Origin: Diadema antillarum
Lineage: Eukaryota
Direction: 5' to 3'
Length of the DNA stretch: 64,000 nt
Assembly: GCF_040938485.1 (NCBI RefSeq)
Contig: NW_027270929.1
Coordinates: 2,790,001-2,854,000 of the forward strand
This document shows positions 1 to 11,794 of the stretch, piece after piece. The translations under genes were made by a program, and so were the position numbers. Position 1 is the first letter of the stretch; every line of letters starts with the position of its first letter. Under the pieces are notes generated by a model. That model ran no database searches. It saw only the letters and a program-made list of their open reading frames with translations, and was not told the origin of the DNA.

Positions 1-1259
1 GACATTCTTGATAACTTTCACACCAGTCAGTATGAAATCATAAGCAAGCATCTTATATATTTGTATTGCAGTAATATATTGATAAAGACACATTATATCT
101 AACTAAATTTCTGAATTGACAATAACATCATGACTTTTGGAAGAGCTTGTCAATCCACTCTGTCCAAGGGAAGGCTTCCCAAGAGTGTATCTCTAGTTTC
201 AGAGAACACTGCCTTGCAACCCACTCTCTCCTTTATCTCACAAAGGGCTTCCACACATTCATTTAAGAACAATTTATAAATTTCATCTCTATTTCATGAC
301 CCTACAAAATCTATCTGACCTTTGAAGTACTATATAACATACCACTACCAGTGTCACTTCAGTAGCCTTTGCAGCTGTACTCAATTAAAGTTATTAGAAT
401 ATAAAAGACAATGACCTCTTCTGTCCCATTATGATTATTTCAGAACAATTTTTTTTTCCCTTCGAAAGTTTTGATTATTTTTTCTATTTTCCAGCTTTGA
501 TGCTAAAATATTGGGGACTAAATACTACATGCCACACACATATTGGTAGGGCTGTGCAAAAATACTGGTCACAACAACTAAAGTTTGGTACATGTATATC
601 ATTCAAACACAGTTTTGCCAGTGAGAAAGTGAATGAACAGTAAACCATCTGGTGTGGCCGTGCTGCTGAATGCATAACTCAAACAGAAGCAAGGCCAAGC
701 GAATGCTGGCAATGACTTTGGCCAAAGTGTTCGGGGGAGGGGCAAGTGCATGACAGACATGGAATTTTACATTTTATTTGATAGATTGTTGTTACTGTTG
801 ATGGTTCAAAGCAGATTATTCAAATGACATGGAAAAGCATTGGATTTACTTTGCATTGGTATGGCATTTATCCCTGCTAAATATCAATTCAATGCTCCCC
901 TAGGAAAACAGTTATCCCTTTGAATCCGTGCATTGTCTGTAGGACATTAATGTAGTCTGCTTTTGCTTGCTGAGTCCATTCGGTGATGTCACAAACATCA
1001 GGTGTGTTCAGCGAGTTTCGGTAGGTTTTCGAAATAGAAAGGAGAATGGAATTCTTCTCACTTTACGTTGCACAAATCTTTCCCGTGAGGTTTGGAACCG
1101 TATTCACTGGGGCTGGCTTAAATTCTACCGTATTTGCGATTTCATGAAATATCATTCATGTTTAATATCTTTGAATGTACAATTTACCCCGATTATAAAG
1201 TCAGCTCACTCTAGTTGAGAAAAAGTGCCTCAGTGCAACAGAAAGACCAAGGTGATATA

Positions 1260-1478
1260 CTGTAAATGTGAACATTTTCGAGGTACATTAATTTTAATTT
1301 ATTTCGCGCTACTTTTGGCTGGCACGAATTCTAGAACCTGCAAAAATATCTTCACAATTTTTACTGCACATTTTGAATGGGCTGACAATTGCCCAACATG
1401 AATTCAAGACCCTGTAAATGTTTTTGACCCCTCCTCCCCCCCCCAAAAAAAAAAAAATGAACATATTGACATTTACAG
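1260..1478. mobile_element. MITE, CTGTA-terminus family, TA target
   Basis: TA|CTGTAAATGTGAA ... TTGACATTTACAG|TA. About 220 bp, similar in size and ends to the copies at 23286, 27855 and 31482. Confidence 0.65.
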
Positions 1479-1872
1479 TACTGTATAAGGCGAAGTTTTT
1501 GCAAGTTGCTACTTGTTGGGCATTTTTATATGTTGTCAATGTCGCAGTTGCAGGGGTCTAGTAATCACTACTTCACCTTTCTTCACAAATAAACAAGAAT
1601 GAGTAACAAGCAGCATTAGTAGTATGCCTACTAAATATTTCTACTGGCTGATCCCATGTATATAAACATAGCCCATGCAGCGTGCTAGACCTACAGCATA
1701 CAACCCAGCCCTAACATGGCTTGTGTGTGTGTGTGTGTGATAAATGAAATTTTCACGTTGTTGTGTTCATGTGTTCTTATATTTGCATGCTTTTTCACTG
1801 TTCGAAGGCAACTCACAAAATTTGCAAACATAAAACTACCTTGAATATTTTTTTATTTTTTTTCATAAATAG

Positions 1873-2058
1873 TCTCCATTCATTGACAATAAGGTCCCAA
1901 CATCTCTGCCAATCAGCAAAGGCGGCACTCCGGTGTGCATGCCAATTGGCAAAAAAAGCACTGGAAGGGCTAACATGCCATGGGTCACTGAGGATTGCTT
2001 ACAGGGTTATCAGCAAGGAGAAGCATTCAAAAAATTGTTGACTGGCAGAAATGGCTGA
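1873..2058 (+). CDS. Possible terminal coding exon of an unidentified gene entering from the left (SPFIDNKVPTSLPISKGGTPVCMPIGKKSTGRANMPWVTEDCLQGYQQGEAFKKLLTGRNG*)
   Basis: A strong T-rich acceptor (tttttttcataaatAG, ending 1872) is followed by a phase-0 open frame of 61 codons to TGA at 2056-2058, in a locally GC-richer stretch. No homology recognised. Confidence 0.3.
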   Translation, partial: SPFIDNKVPTSLPISKGGTPVCMPIGKKSTGRANMPWVTEDCLQGYQQGEAFKKLLTGRNG

Positions 2059-2455
2059 AGAGTCAACAACTGATCACTCCCCGAGGGAACCAGTCCAGCT
2101 GCTGTCCAATTTGCAAACATCATTCTAATCTTGGATCAAGATATGAGAATGCTATGATGCTTGTAGTCATCAGCAGTGACGCAATTTCCCTTCTTTCTTT
2201 CTTTTCTTTCTTCTTGCACACAGCAAGTCTGTCAATCTTTATAATGACTTAATTAATGACTAATCAGAAAACTGGGGTGGTGACTTGCCCCGTATTCTGA
2301 CTATACAGTGCAACAGATGGAGGGTTTTGTTCCAACTCCTATGCTGACTTTTAATAGCTTTCTGTTTTTCTTTGTAGTCTTTACAAAGCTAAAGTGCAAT
2401 AGAGCCAAAAGTTGTTAAAAATAATTGTCTGGTAGCTGCTTGACTGGTCCTGGTA

Positions 2456-2635
2456 CAGGGGAACCTTGTTATAACGAGGACCTAAAAAGCATGACAATTA
2501 TCTTGTTATATCAAGTTTTCACTATATCAAGGGACAAAAGCTAAGAAATGCACAGACTTGGGACCTGCCAAATCAGCTTACTGTATAATGAGAGGGTTTT
2601 CCTATATCCACTGTCTCTATAATGGAGTTCCACTG
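2456..2635. mobile_element. Tc1/mariner-pogo-type MITE (CAGTG-type ends, TA target)
   Basis: TA|CAGGGGAACCTTGTTATA ... TATAATGGAGTTCCACTG|TA. Related copies at 10630 and 31248. Confidence 0.7.
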
Positions 2636-3356
2636 TACTGTATATGTGATGGACAGAAAATGTGTCGTATCTTGCGTGTGGCAGAAACTTTTGTTTCAAC
2701 AGGTGTAGCTCCAATACCACTTTGTTGGAGAACCATAGGCCTATATGGTAGACCCATGCACTGTGTGATTAATTACTGGAGTCTGAAATGGCCTTTAGGG
2801 ATTACCCAGCTCAAATAATCAATTACAGACCGAACATTTGAGAGAGACTTTTGATGCTAAATATAAAGCATTTGCAGCAAATTATGAAATTGTCAGTACA
2901 GGTGGCATGTAGGAAGTGCACTATGAAACATTTGCACATGGCTCTTAATTCAATCTTTACACCCACAAATGTGTGAATAACAATATGCACACGGTTGCAA
3001 GTGATGTGAAAAAGAGGAAAAGAGGAGACTATTGTTAATTTTTGTATTTCTATGACAATTTTTCCCTTTTCTAATGCAAACTAGAATAAAATTTTGTGTC
3101 ATATTATGGTATACATGGGAGCATTGGCACGTGCTTGATTGCGTACGAGCACATATGTTTGAGTGTGTATTTGTCACACTAGATTCACATGCACCACTAT
3201 GTCATATAAATCTAAACATGCATACAGTGTGTCCACTGCTTTCCAATAATTTTGAGTATGTCATGGGAGAAGTGTTGTATTTCCCTATGGGTGCTCTACA
3301 TTTTTTTTTTTTTTTTTGTACACCCTCTAAAAAGACTTGCATCAAGAAATCTGATA

Positions 3357-4814
3357 CAGTCAGTCCGCAGCGTGTGCGATAATGAGGCACGAACGACAAT
3401 TTTATTCAGAATCACGTTTACGCAGTTTGTGCCCTTGAGACTGACGAGATTTCGCGATACTTTGCGAGAGTTTTTGCAGAGGTCGCAACAACAGCTTTCA
3501 TAGCTTTCGCAGTGCATTGTTTGACCCAGGATGGTTAGATTAGTTATAGAGCTGATTATGCTCATTAATTTGATACCTAATTTCCCTATTTTTGATGTCA
3601 ATATAGTAGTCCATTTTAACATCAAAGTAAACGATTATTTTGCCAATGTTTAAGAAGCTTTTAGATCATAGTTTGATGTTTTGCTAGTTCCTGACTGGTA
3701 TTGAAAATAGATCTCCGTAATTTCTTCGATTTCACAATCGTGAAACTTGAGCGAGTATGATCAATTAAAAAACGAAGAGGGGCACCATTTTTAAGGTTGT
3801 GAATTTTCCTGTTGAAAACAAGGCAAATTATGTTTTCTTACTGGAAGTGGGTAGTGAATGAACACGCGTGGAATGTGTTGTTGATACCCAGACAATGGTC
3901 GTGGATAATGGCCAGGATTGGAATGTTTCATGAGGAATTCCACTATCGCAGCTAGTCTTTGTTCATTCTGAAATGTGGTGTGTGAAAGCACATGGAAACA
4001 TGTGCTTACTTCTTTCATGCGCATGCATTTCACCCTGTGTCAAGAATTCAGACTAGCAGTGCTCGGGGCAATCCACATGAATAATTGATTAAGCATTCAT
4101 GTGCCTTGCAGCAGAGCTCGGGACAGGTGGTAGCCAGGTCCATTGTTCAGGGTCATTGTAAGTGCACACTCACATACACATCATTGGTTCCTGTGTAGAG
4201 TTCAAGTTTTGTATAGAGAGTGAAAATTCGATCACAATTTGGAACCTAACATTTAAAACTCACAGCATTGAGTCAGCAGCCAATGGATACTACGCAATGC
4301 GACACGCCGTGTCTTGCAACAGATTTCGACCAATCACAGACCCGGAATTCCGGTGCGAATGCGAGGATAATCTTTTCAAACTGGACGCTAGACATGTCTC
4401 TGAATTTTGCTAGTTCCTGACCCGTATTGAAATGAAGATGGGAAAACGTGCCCTTATTGTGATACTATATACTTTAGCGGACATAGTCTTCACCATATTT
4501 TAGAGGGGCATGAAAGATTTCAGGTTAGTTTTTTGGCGTCAAACGTAAAGGAATATTTTTGAATACAATACCAAACTTCGAGAGGGATTTTGATATTCTA
4601 TATTCTTCTTTTCCGTTTATTTTGATCATGAGCATATTTGCTTATGTTTTCTCTTTCAGTCGATACTAAAAGTGTCGAAAACTGACGAGAAATACTCGTT
4701 CTACACGGATTTATTTATGACCATGTATCTGCTCATTACGTATGCAAGCACCGCTCAGCCGTGCATACGACTTGAATAAATACATGCGTTTTCGCTCGCG
4801 CTGCGGACTGACTG
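3357..4814. mobile_element. Non-autonomous Tc1/mariner-like DNA transposon, about 1.46 kb
   Basis: 28-bp TIRs with 4 mismatches (first 16 nt identical, CAGTCAGTCCGCAGCG). Left flank TA, right flank GA. CpG-richer than its flanks. A 29-nt internal direct repeat (ttttgctagttcctgac..gtattgaaa) occurs at about 3679 and 4403. No transposase ORF. Confidence 0.75.
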
Positions 4815-5036
4815 GATACCAAAGGCAAACACCACATACAGTCACAGGCAAGAACACAAATTCATACCACATCTCCACCCCCTCCCGCCGCCTGCCCCCC
4901 TCCCCCCACACACACACACACACCCATAGACACATGCACACACATGCTGTTTTTCCTTCCCCTTGCTGCTTACATTCCACCAGTCAAGATTTCATACAAA
5001 ATGGAACTCTTCAGATAGCCTCACTCTTGTGTCAGC

Positions 5037-5123
5037 TCATATTCTCAATCCTGGCGAAACAGAAATCTCGGGAGAAGAACCGGTGCTACGGGGAGATGTT
5101 CTTCCTGACGGTGACGAAAAGCT
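5037..5123 (-). CDS. PRR11: PRR11 coding exon 8 (SFSSPSGRTSPRSTGSSPEISVSPGLRI*)
   Basis: Acceptor tttccatcacAG, phase 0, TGA at 5039-5037. Ser/Pro-rich tail like the vertebrate C-terminus. Confidence 0.75.
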   Translation of the reverse strand, partial: SFSSPSGRTSPRSTGSSPEISVSPGLRI

Positions 5124-8100
5124 CTGTGATGGAAAGATTCAAGTCCACAACATACCACAGTAAAACTTATTATCAGGCATTATCAAGCAAAGTCAACAAC
5201 ACAAAAGAGATTAAATTCAATTTAGTTTTCACCCCATATATGGTCTCCCTTGCATTTTATCTCTCCTATGCATGTTGTTATTCTTTTGATATACCTGATA
5301 TTGTTTCATCATAAAATGAATATACAGATTCAAAAAAGAGGATCATTCTCTAAGTTCAATACAGTGGTAAGCATGCAAGATTAAAAAGAAATAGAAGCTT
5401 TTGAAACAGAACCTTGTAAATGAAATATTTGGCTGGGATTAACTGAAGACATTTCATGTACTCATATCCCAACTTTCCAGTCTAAACAGATATCAAAGAC
5501 CCTATATACACCAAATGATGAAGCAACTCTTTGATACACAAGTAAAATGTCTTTGTGACGTTGTCACTGTCTCTGAAGTAACACCTAGACTAGTTGAGGT
5601 TCAATGTGGGATATGGCCCTCTCTGGATCCTCTAAAGTTGTGATATTAAGATGGAATGTAAAGATGGATTCCAAATACATGTATATCTCTTGTTGCCATA
5701 GTGACAAGACAGCCTCACCCTAAACTTTCTCTTGAGTGCCCTGGCCATGATGGGAGTGAGGCCCACTCCACTCTCCACTGGCTTGGATCTGTAGGGTGTG
5801 CCACCGGGACTGCGGGGCAAACCAATCTTCTTCAGAGATGTGCGAAATTCCAGAGCCTCCAGGCCTAACCTGCAAAAGTAAAGGAAAGATAATCTAAAAT
5901 TTAACAGGAAACCTTTAGAACAACAACAATCAAAGATTTATATCTCTGATGCAAACATTAGAACAAACAAATGATAATAACAGTAAATATCTCCTGTGAC
6001 AAGGCCTCGACAGGTTCTGTGAATTGAAAATGCTAAATACTTGTATAAAGAAAATATTTTGTAGCATGAATGATGTAGAACCGAAGACAAGGTACAGTCA
6101 CACCCATTTCATTGCCTCTTGATTCTCCAGCATATGAATGATGCACATCGAGACCCATACAATCCCTGTATTATTAGCTGCAAAAATTTTGTTGTGCATT
6201 GCTCAGTTTTAAGAGACAGTAACTATCAAAGAGCCTATGAGGTATTCTACACGATGACCATAACTCTAGATGCTTTCATTTTGTTATGATTTAGGATATT
6301 TAATGATTTCAAAGACATGCATGTTTTTAATGGAATGCAAAGCCATGATGAACTTCGAAGGTATATTAAAACAGCAAAGCACCATGACACTGACCTTGCT
6401 CTCATGGTAAGCTCAGGCTCCTTGGGGTCAGAGAGTCGCCTGCTTGACCGCCTCAGCTGGACATTCTGGAGGTCAGACAGGGAGACCAGGGGTCCCCTAC
6501 CTTTGTCCTGAGGTTTGACCGGCCGCTGTGGAAGAAAAAAAAAAGAATTGTGCAGCTATGGCATTGAGAAGAATCGAAGAGCCATGAGGCAAAATTAATG
6601 CACAATTCATAATGTTTAGAACATTTATCTGCACTACCACTGTGATGAAACAATGATGTGGTTTATGAATCTACCTTCCACTTTTGCTTTCTTCTACATT
6701 TCCGCAGTTCATAAAAGCACCAACTACTATGGTAAACTTGCATAATACTAACTGCTTGATCAAATCATTCCTTTCCATTCCATTTTCAAAATCACCCTAG
6801 GCATGCGCATTACATTAAACACACACACACACACACAAAGGGGGGTGGCAAATACAAAATTAAAGTAATGGGGTTTTACATGCACACTGATTGATTTTGT
6901 TGGAGATAAATACATCTACGTGAGGATTTCATACAAGAGTAAAGCGGAGATCAAGATAAAGTCAATATGCACACTACCTGTGAGAAATAGTATTTAAACT
7001 CACCTCTTGTTTTGAGGTCACTTTTTTCAGCTTGACACCCTTGATATCATCCAGTGTGACAACTGGCCTGGAATTTTCTTTTGACTGCTGCATGAAAGAG
7101 AATCAGGTGGGTATTAGTCAGTGGTGAAGCATATAGATGTGACTTGAAGTATTGGCAATAAACACATAGGACTTAAGTTTTGGAAATCAGATAATATTCA
7201 GAAATCAGCAGATAAAATACACTGGGACCTTTCAAAACAGTCAATATGCTTTTACATGAGCAAACAACTGTGACCAAGCACTGGAGAATAATTTTCTTTT
7301 AAATAAAAGTCATCAAAAGAAGTACAGTCAACCCTGCTTAAGGTGACCTTGCATAATTCGAATAATCACCTGAGTCAAAGGTCTTTTCAAGTCCTCTTCA
7401 CTTTATATTCCATTCATTTAATCCCTCATAAGTCACATCTTCTCTTAAGTCAAAGCTATTTCTTCAATCAAAATAGATCCACAAGGTTGACTGTATGTAT
7501 GGGTCTATACTTGTTCTTTAAGTCTAAACAGACAGAGATTCACTTTTGCTGGGAATAGAGACAAGACAATGCAATTTCAAGGAAAAAAATATATATTTCG
7601 AACAAAGTTTGTTTGATGACATGAACATTTTAGAATTCATGATGTGTTAATGAAAACGCAGGTGTGGGAAGTTTACCTTCTTGGCACCATCTTTCTTTTT
7701 TGGCAGATTCTTTCTCCAGTCTTGAGATGCGGGAGCTTTGACTAAGGGAGGCGGGGGAGGGGGAGGAGGGGGTGGAGCCATGAGAGGAGGCATAGCAGGA
7801 GGAGGAGGAGGAGGAGGCGGGGCCAGCAGTGGCTGAGAGGCAGCTGTAGGCGGGGCCTGTGTGGCTGCCCCAGCTAATGAATTGCTCCCCACTGGAGTTG
7901 TGATGGATGAGTTGTTACAAGTCCCTCCTGAAGTGTTGCAGGGGCTGTGTAATGGGCAACAGTTGCAGGATGAGTCTGAAGTCCTGGAAGTATTGGGAGA
8001 TTTGCCCTCAGGATTCTTCACATGATATACAAGAAAGCAAAAAATACACATCATATTAAATTTTGTTATATCCTTCTTTCATGAAATCCTGTTCAGTGAT

Positions 8101-11100
8101 TGGTCTACAAAGCATTATGTGAAAAAACATAGATGACAAAATTCAAAGGGAGAAAAATATTCTTTACCTTAACATTTTATCTGTGGCACAATGCTTCCTC
8201 GTTCAAAATCATTTCCTTGCAGATATACCACCAACTGTTTTTCATGAACAGTGTTTGAAATTGCTCATCAGTATTGGCCCCATAGACCACTAAGTATAAT
8301 CATGTCCACTGCAGGACACAAATTATCTGCACTCACTGCAATATGTAGGAGAAAAAAAATATTTGAACAATTTTATCTTTTTTTAAGAATCATGAGAGGA
8401 ATATCCAAAAAAAAAAAAAATTGTCATGTACTGTTTTGAGCCACTAGTGAAATTATGAATTCTTTGGTGACAGAGATTGTACTATACACTGCCTCCTCAG
8501 AATTCATAATTTCAACTAGAGCCTCTCAGTAAATACAGTGTGGTATATTTGTTTAATATATGTTATGTTGATTAAGATCTGTTATTTTCAACAAACAAAG
8601 TACAACATGCATCGCTTCCAAGTATTCATCAATTATTCTACTAGTTCAAAGATAAGGAGTGTATCAATGATTGGCTTGCCTTTCTGAGATAACAGTAATT
8701 TCAGTTTCTCACCAGAACCAATGCCAGTGGCAAAAAAGATCTTTCAAATCCAAGGACAAGATCAGGGATTATAGTGCATTTGATAATTATGGTCATAAAA
8801 TGTCCTAAATAATAGCTTGAATTTGGCAATGATATTGACCTGCTTCACTGTGTTCAAGGTAATGACCATCCTATAACAATTACTGACCCTGTGCTTCCTG
8901 GCCAAGAGGGGCAACTGACTGGTAACGGGCTACTGTGAAACAGCAGCAAAATGTTGCAGGAAAAATCAAAATCCTGAATATCAACTGTCAAACCTAATCA
9001 GTAAATCACTCCATACTTTTGAGTTAAAATAAGACCATACTCTGATTCTGAGGAAGTTCTTAAATGAATGCAGCCTGCTCAGGACACTCAGTTACCATAT
9101 TATAGACAATCTAAAATCCCTTAAAAAGAACATAATTAATCATAGTCTTCTAGCATTGGTTAACCCAAACTAGGCCGGGCTATTAAGGTAGTTGATAGAG
9201 CCGGGGGGGGCCTCCCAGGCCCCCCCTCCAGATCTCGACTGTCGATCGCGCGATCGCGACGAAAATTGGCACACACATTGCCTATGATGTAATCTAAAAT
9301 ACCTGAAGTTAATTTTTCAAAAAATTATCATTTATGCTAAATTATGCTAATTTATGCATAATGATGCATGAAATCAGACAATCTGGTATAAATCACAAAA
9401 TAAAGCTCAAAACAGGCACATTTTTTGTGTAAATATCCTTTTTAGTGTCCTTAGCAAATGTAATAAAAAAAGATTGTGATATCAGAAAAAATTCTTAAGT
9501 ATTTTATTGTTTTTTGAATTTCTTATGTATTTCTTTCTTTTTTCGACTTTATGTTTTCCATTGTTTTTTCGATGAAATTTGTCCGCGACATCGCTCCGAA
9601 CAAGAAAATATGTTATTCATTGATTTTAATCAATAAAACACCAAACTAATCATGCTTTTATGAAATTTGCCTGTAAGCACAGTTTGCATTGAAATTGTAC
9701 ACGAATTCATGTTTTTGAGCAATTTTTGGTCTGACATGCATGTACATATTTACGCGTAACTTCGGAACTGCGCGCCCGGGCATCGCAAATTTGGTGTCAA
9801 AAGATGTGGGAGACTCGAAAGAAAAAAGTCATGAAACGTCGCGGCGATAGCTTTTTGCGATTGCGATATATCGCGCGGAACGTGGGGGGGCCTCGGAGGC
9901 CCTCCCACCCCGGCCTAGTTAGGGTTAAACATGAGGAAAATCATTACTGAAAGTGTATCACACAATTTGTGACATGTTGTGCTAGCACGTTTTTGGCTTT
10001 CAATACTGCTCAAAGAAAATGTCCTGAAATAACCTAAAAGCTCCCTCAATGCTGTGTCATTACAAGGTAATTACCTTGAAAGAAATATGCAACATAAGTT
10101 TCCCTTGGTGAATCTCTTCATAGTGTATGGAAAGTAAATCAAATGCACTTCACCAAACATGAATTTCACCTACATCTACCAAACAAAACCCGTCACTTGG
10201 AAAGAGACTAACCTTAGATTGCATGTCCTCAGTGAGTTTCTTGAGTTGTTCTTGAAGTGAGGCTAGCTGATCCTTGGTGGAGCTCAGCTCTCGCCAGTAG
10301 ACTCTGGAAGGAAACACCACATCTTTGGCATACTCCAGGCTCTGTCACAGCAGAGAATGACATGGAAAATGGCATAATAAAACATACACTTGCTGCATTT
10401 TGAGAACCCTCAAAATTACAAGCTTGGCCCGTATGACATTAAAAACAAAATGGGAATACTTACTCAGAAAAATTGCCATTACACATGCACAGAAAAACCT
10501 TGCATACTGGCATATTTTGTGCCAGCAGTTTTGGAATAACTAAAATACCTTATAGTAGATGGCTCAATGAGATACCTTTGTTTCTCTCAGTCAAATCAGC
10601 AACAGCTGCACATGCATTACGTAGTTTTACAGTGCACTCCTGTTATAATAAACATGGCTATAATGGAATTTTCAATACAACAAAGTAAAAATGCAGGTCC
10701 CAAAATTATCATCTACATATCTTTACATAATCAACTACAATTGTATTCAGTTACAAAAAAAATTCTGATATAACGAAAGAAAACCTCCTATCCAGAGGAC
10801 TTTGTTATGACGGGAGTTAACTGTATAAACATTTAAAAATTCATTTAAAATATGTTTTTGGTTGTTGTTGTTGTTGTTGTTTGTGTAACAGGAGGCCTTA
10901 TATAAGCCTTATTTGGATGTACATATTAAGGCAAGAAGAATTTCCAGTCAGTTGTATGGAAGATGAGGGTTGTACATTGTAGTTAAGTTCCCACCTGATG
11001 CACTTTCATAGAGCACCACTTGCACACACTGGAGATGGTTGCTGGGAGCTTGCTTAGACTCACGTCCCCAGTTGTTCCAAGCCAGTAAGAGGCGTCAATG

Positions 11101-11747
11101 AATGGGATCATACTGCCCAGCGATGAGGACCTCCGCTCTAACTCTTGGATATGGCTACTGGAAGCAGCATCGCTGTCCTCAAATAATCTGTATCATTATG
11201 ATTCACTCAGGTCACTACCACAGCAACCAGCACGATAAATCTAACTTTATTCAAATATCACTGACAAAAACAGGAAAACTGCACATTATATCTTTATGTG
11301 ATTCATCATACATTGTTTTTATTTTTGTGAATTTCTTTTGTCTACTAATATGCGCAACAGTAACAACCCACAAAAAATGGATGATGCATATTCCTCATTT
11401 CATCATTGTGGTTCTCAATTGCAAATTTGACCTAGCTCATCAATTTGCTTTACAAGTCCTAATTTGTAATATCCTTACAAAATACTATATATACACTCAC
11501 AGTACATTTGTATTGTATAAATGTATTGATACATTAATGTTTTAGGAAGAGCTTAATTTTGCCCCTTTTCATATCCTGACAGTGGAATTTCATCCAAAAA
11601 ATGCACACTCTACAACATGGTTTAAACACAAAGACCTTGAAAGCAATTTTAAATAAATAAGAATGTTTCATCAGTAAGCACTTTAACTTAAGCCCTGGTA
11701 GTGTGGGGGGGTTGGATTCATGGGTAGCCCAATCTATTTGTGCTGCC

Positions 11748-11794
<47 letters not shown>

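Noticed and set aside
4742-5314. 190-aa plus-strand ORF
   Set aside because: Antisense to PRR11 exon 8, runs through a CA microsatellite and a transposon end, and has no recognisable motif.
5515-5576. C/D-box snoRNA-like motif pair (ATGATGA...CTGA)
   Set aside because: On the strand opposite the host PRR11 intron and lacks a terminal stem.
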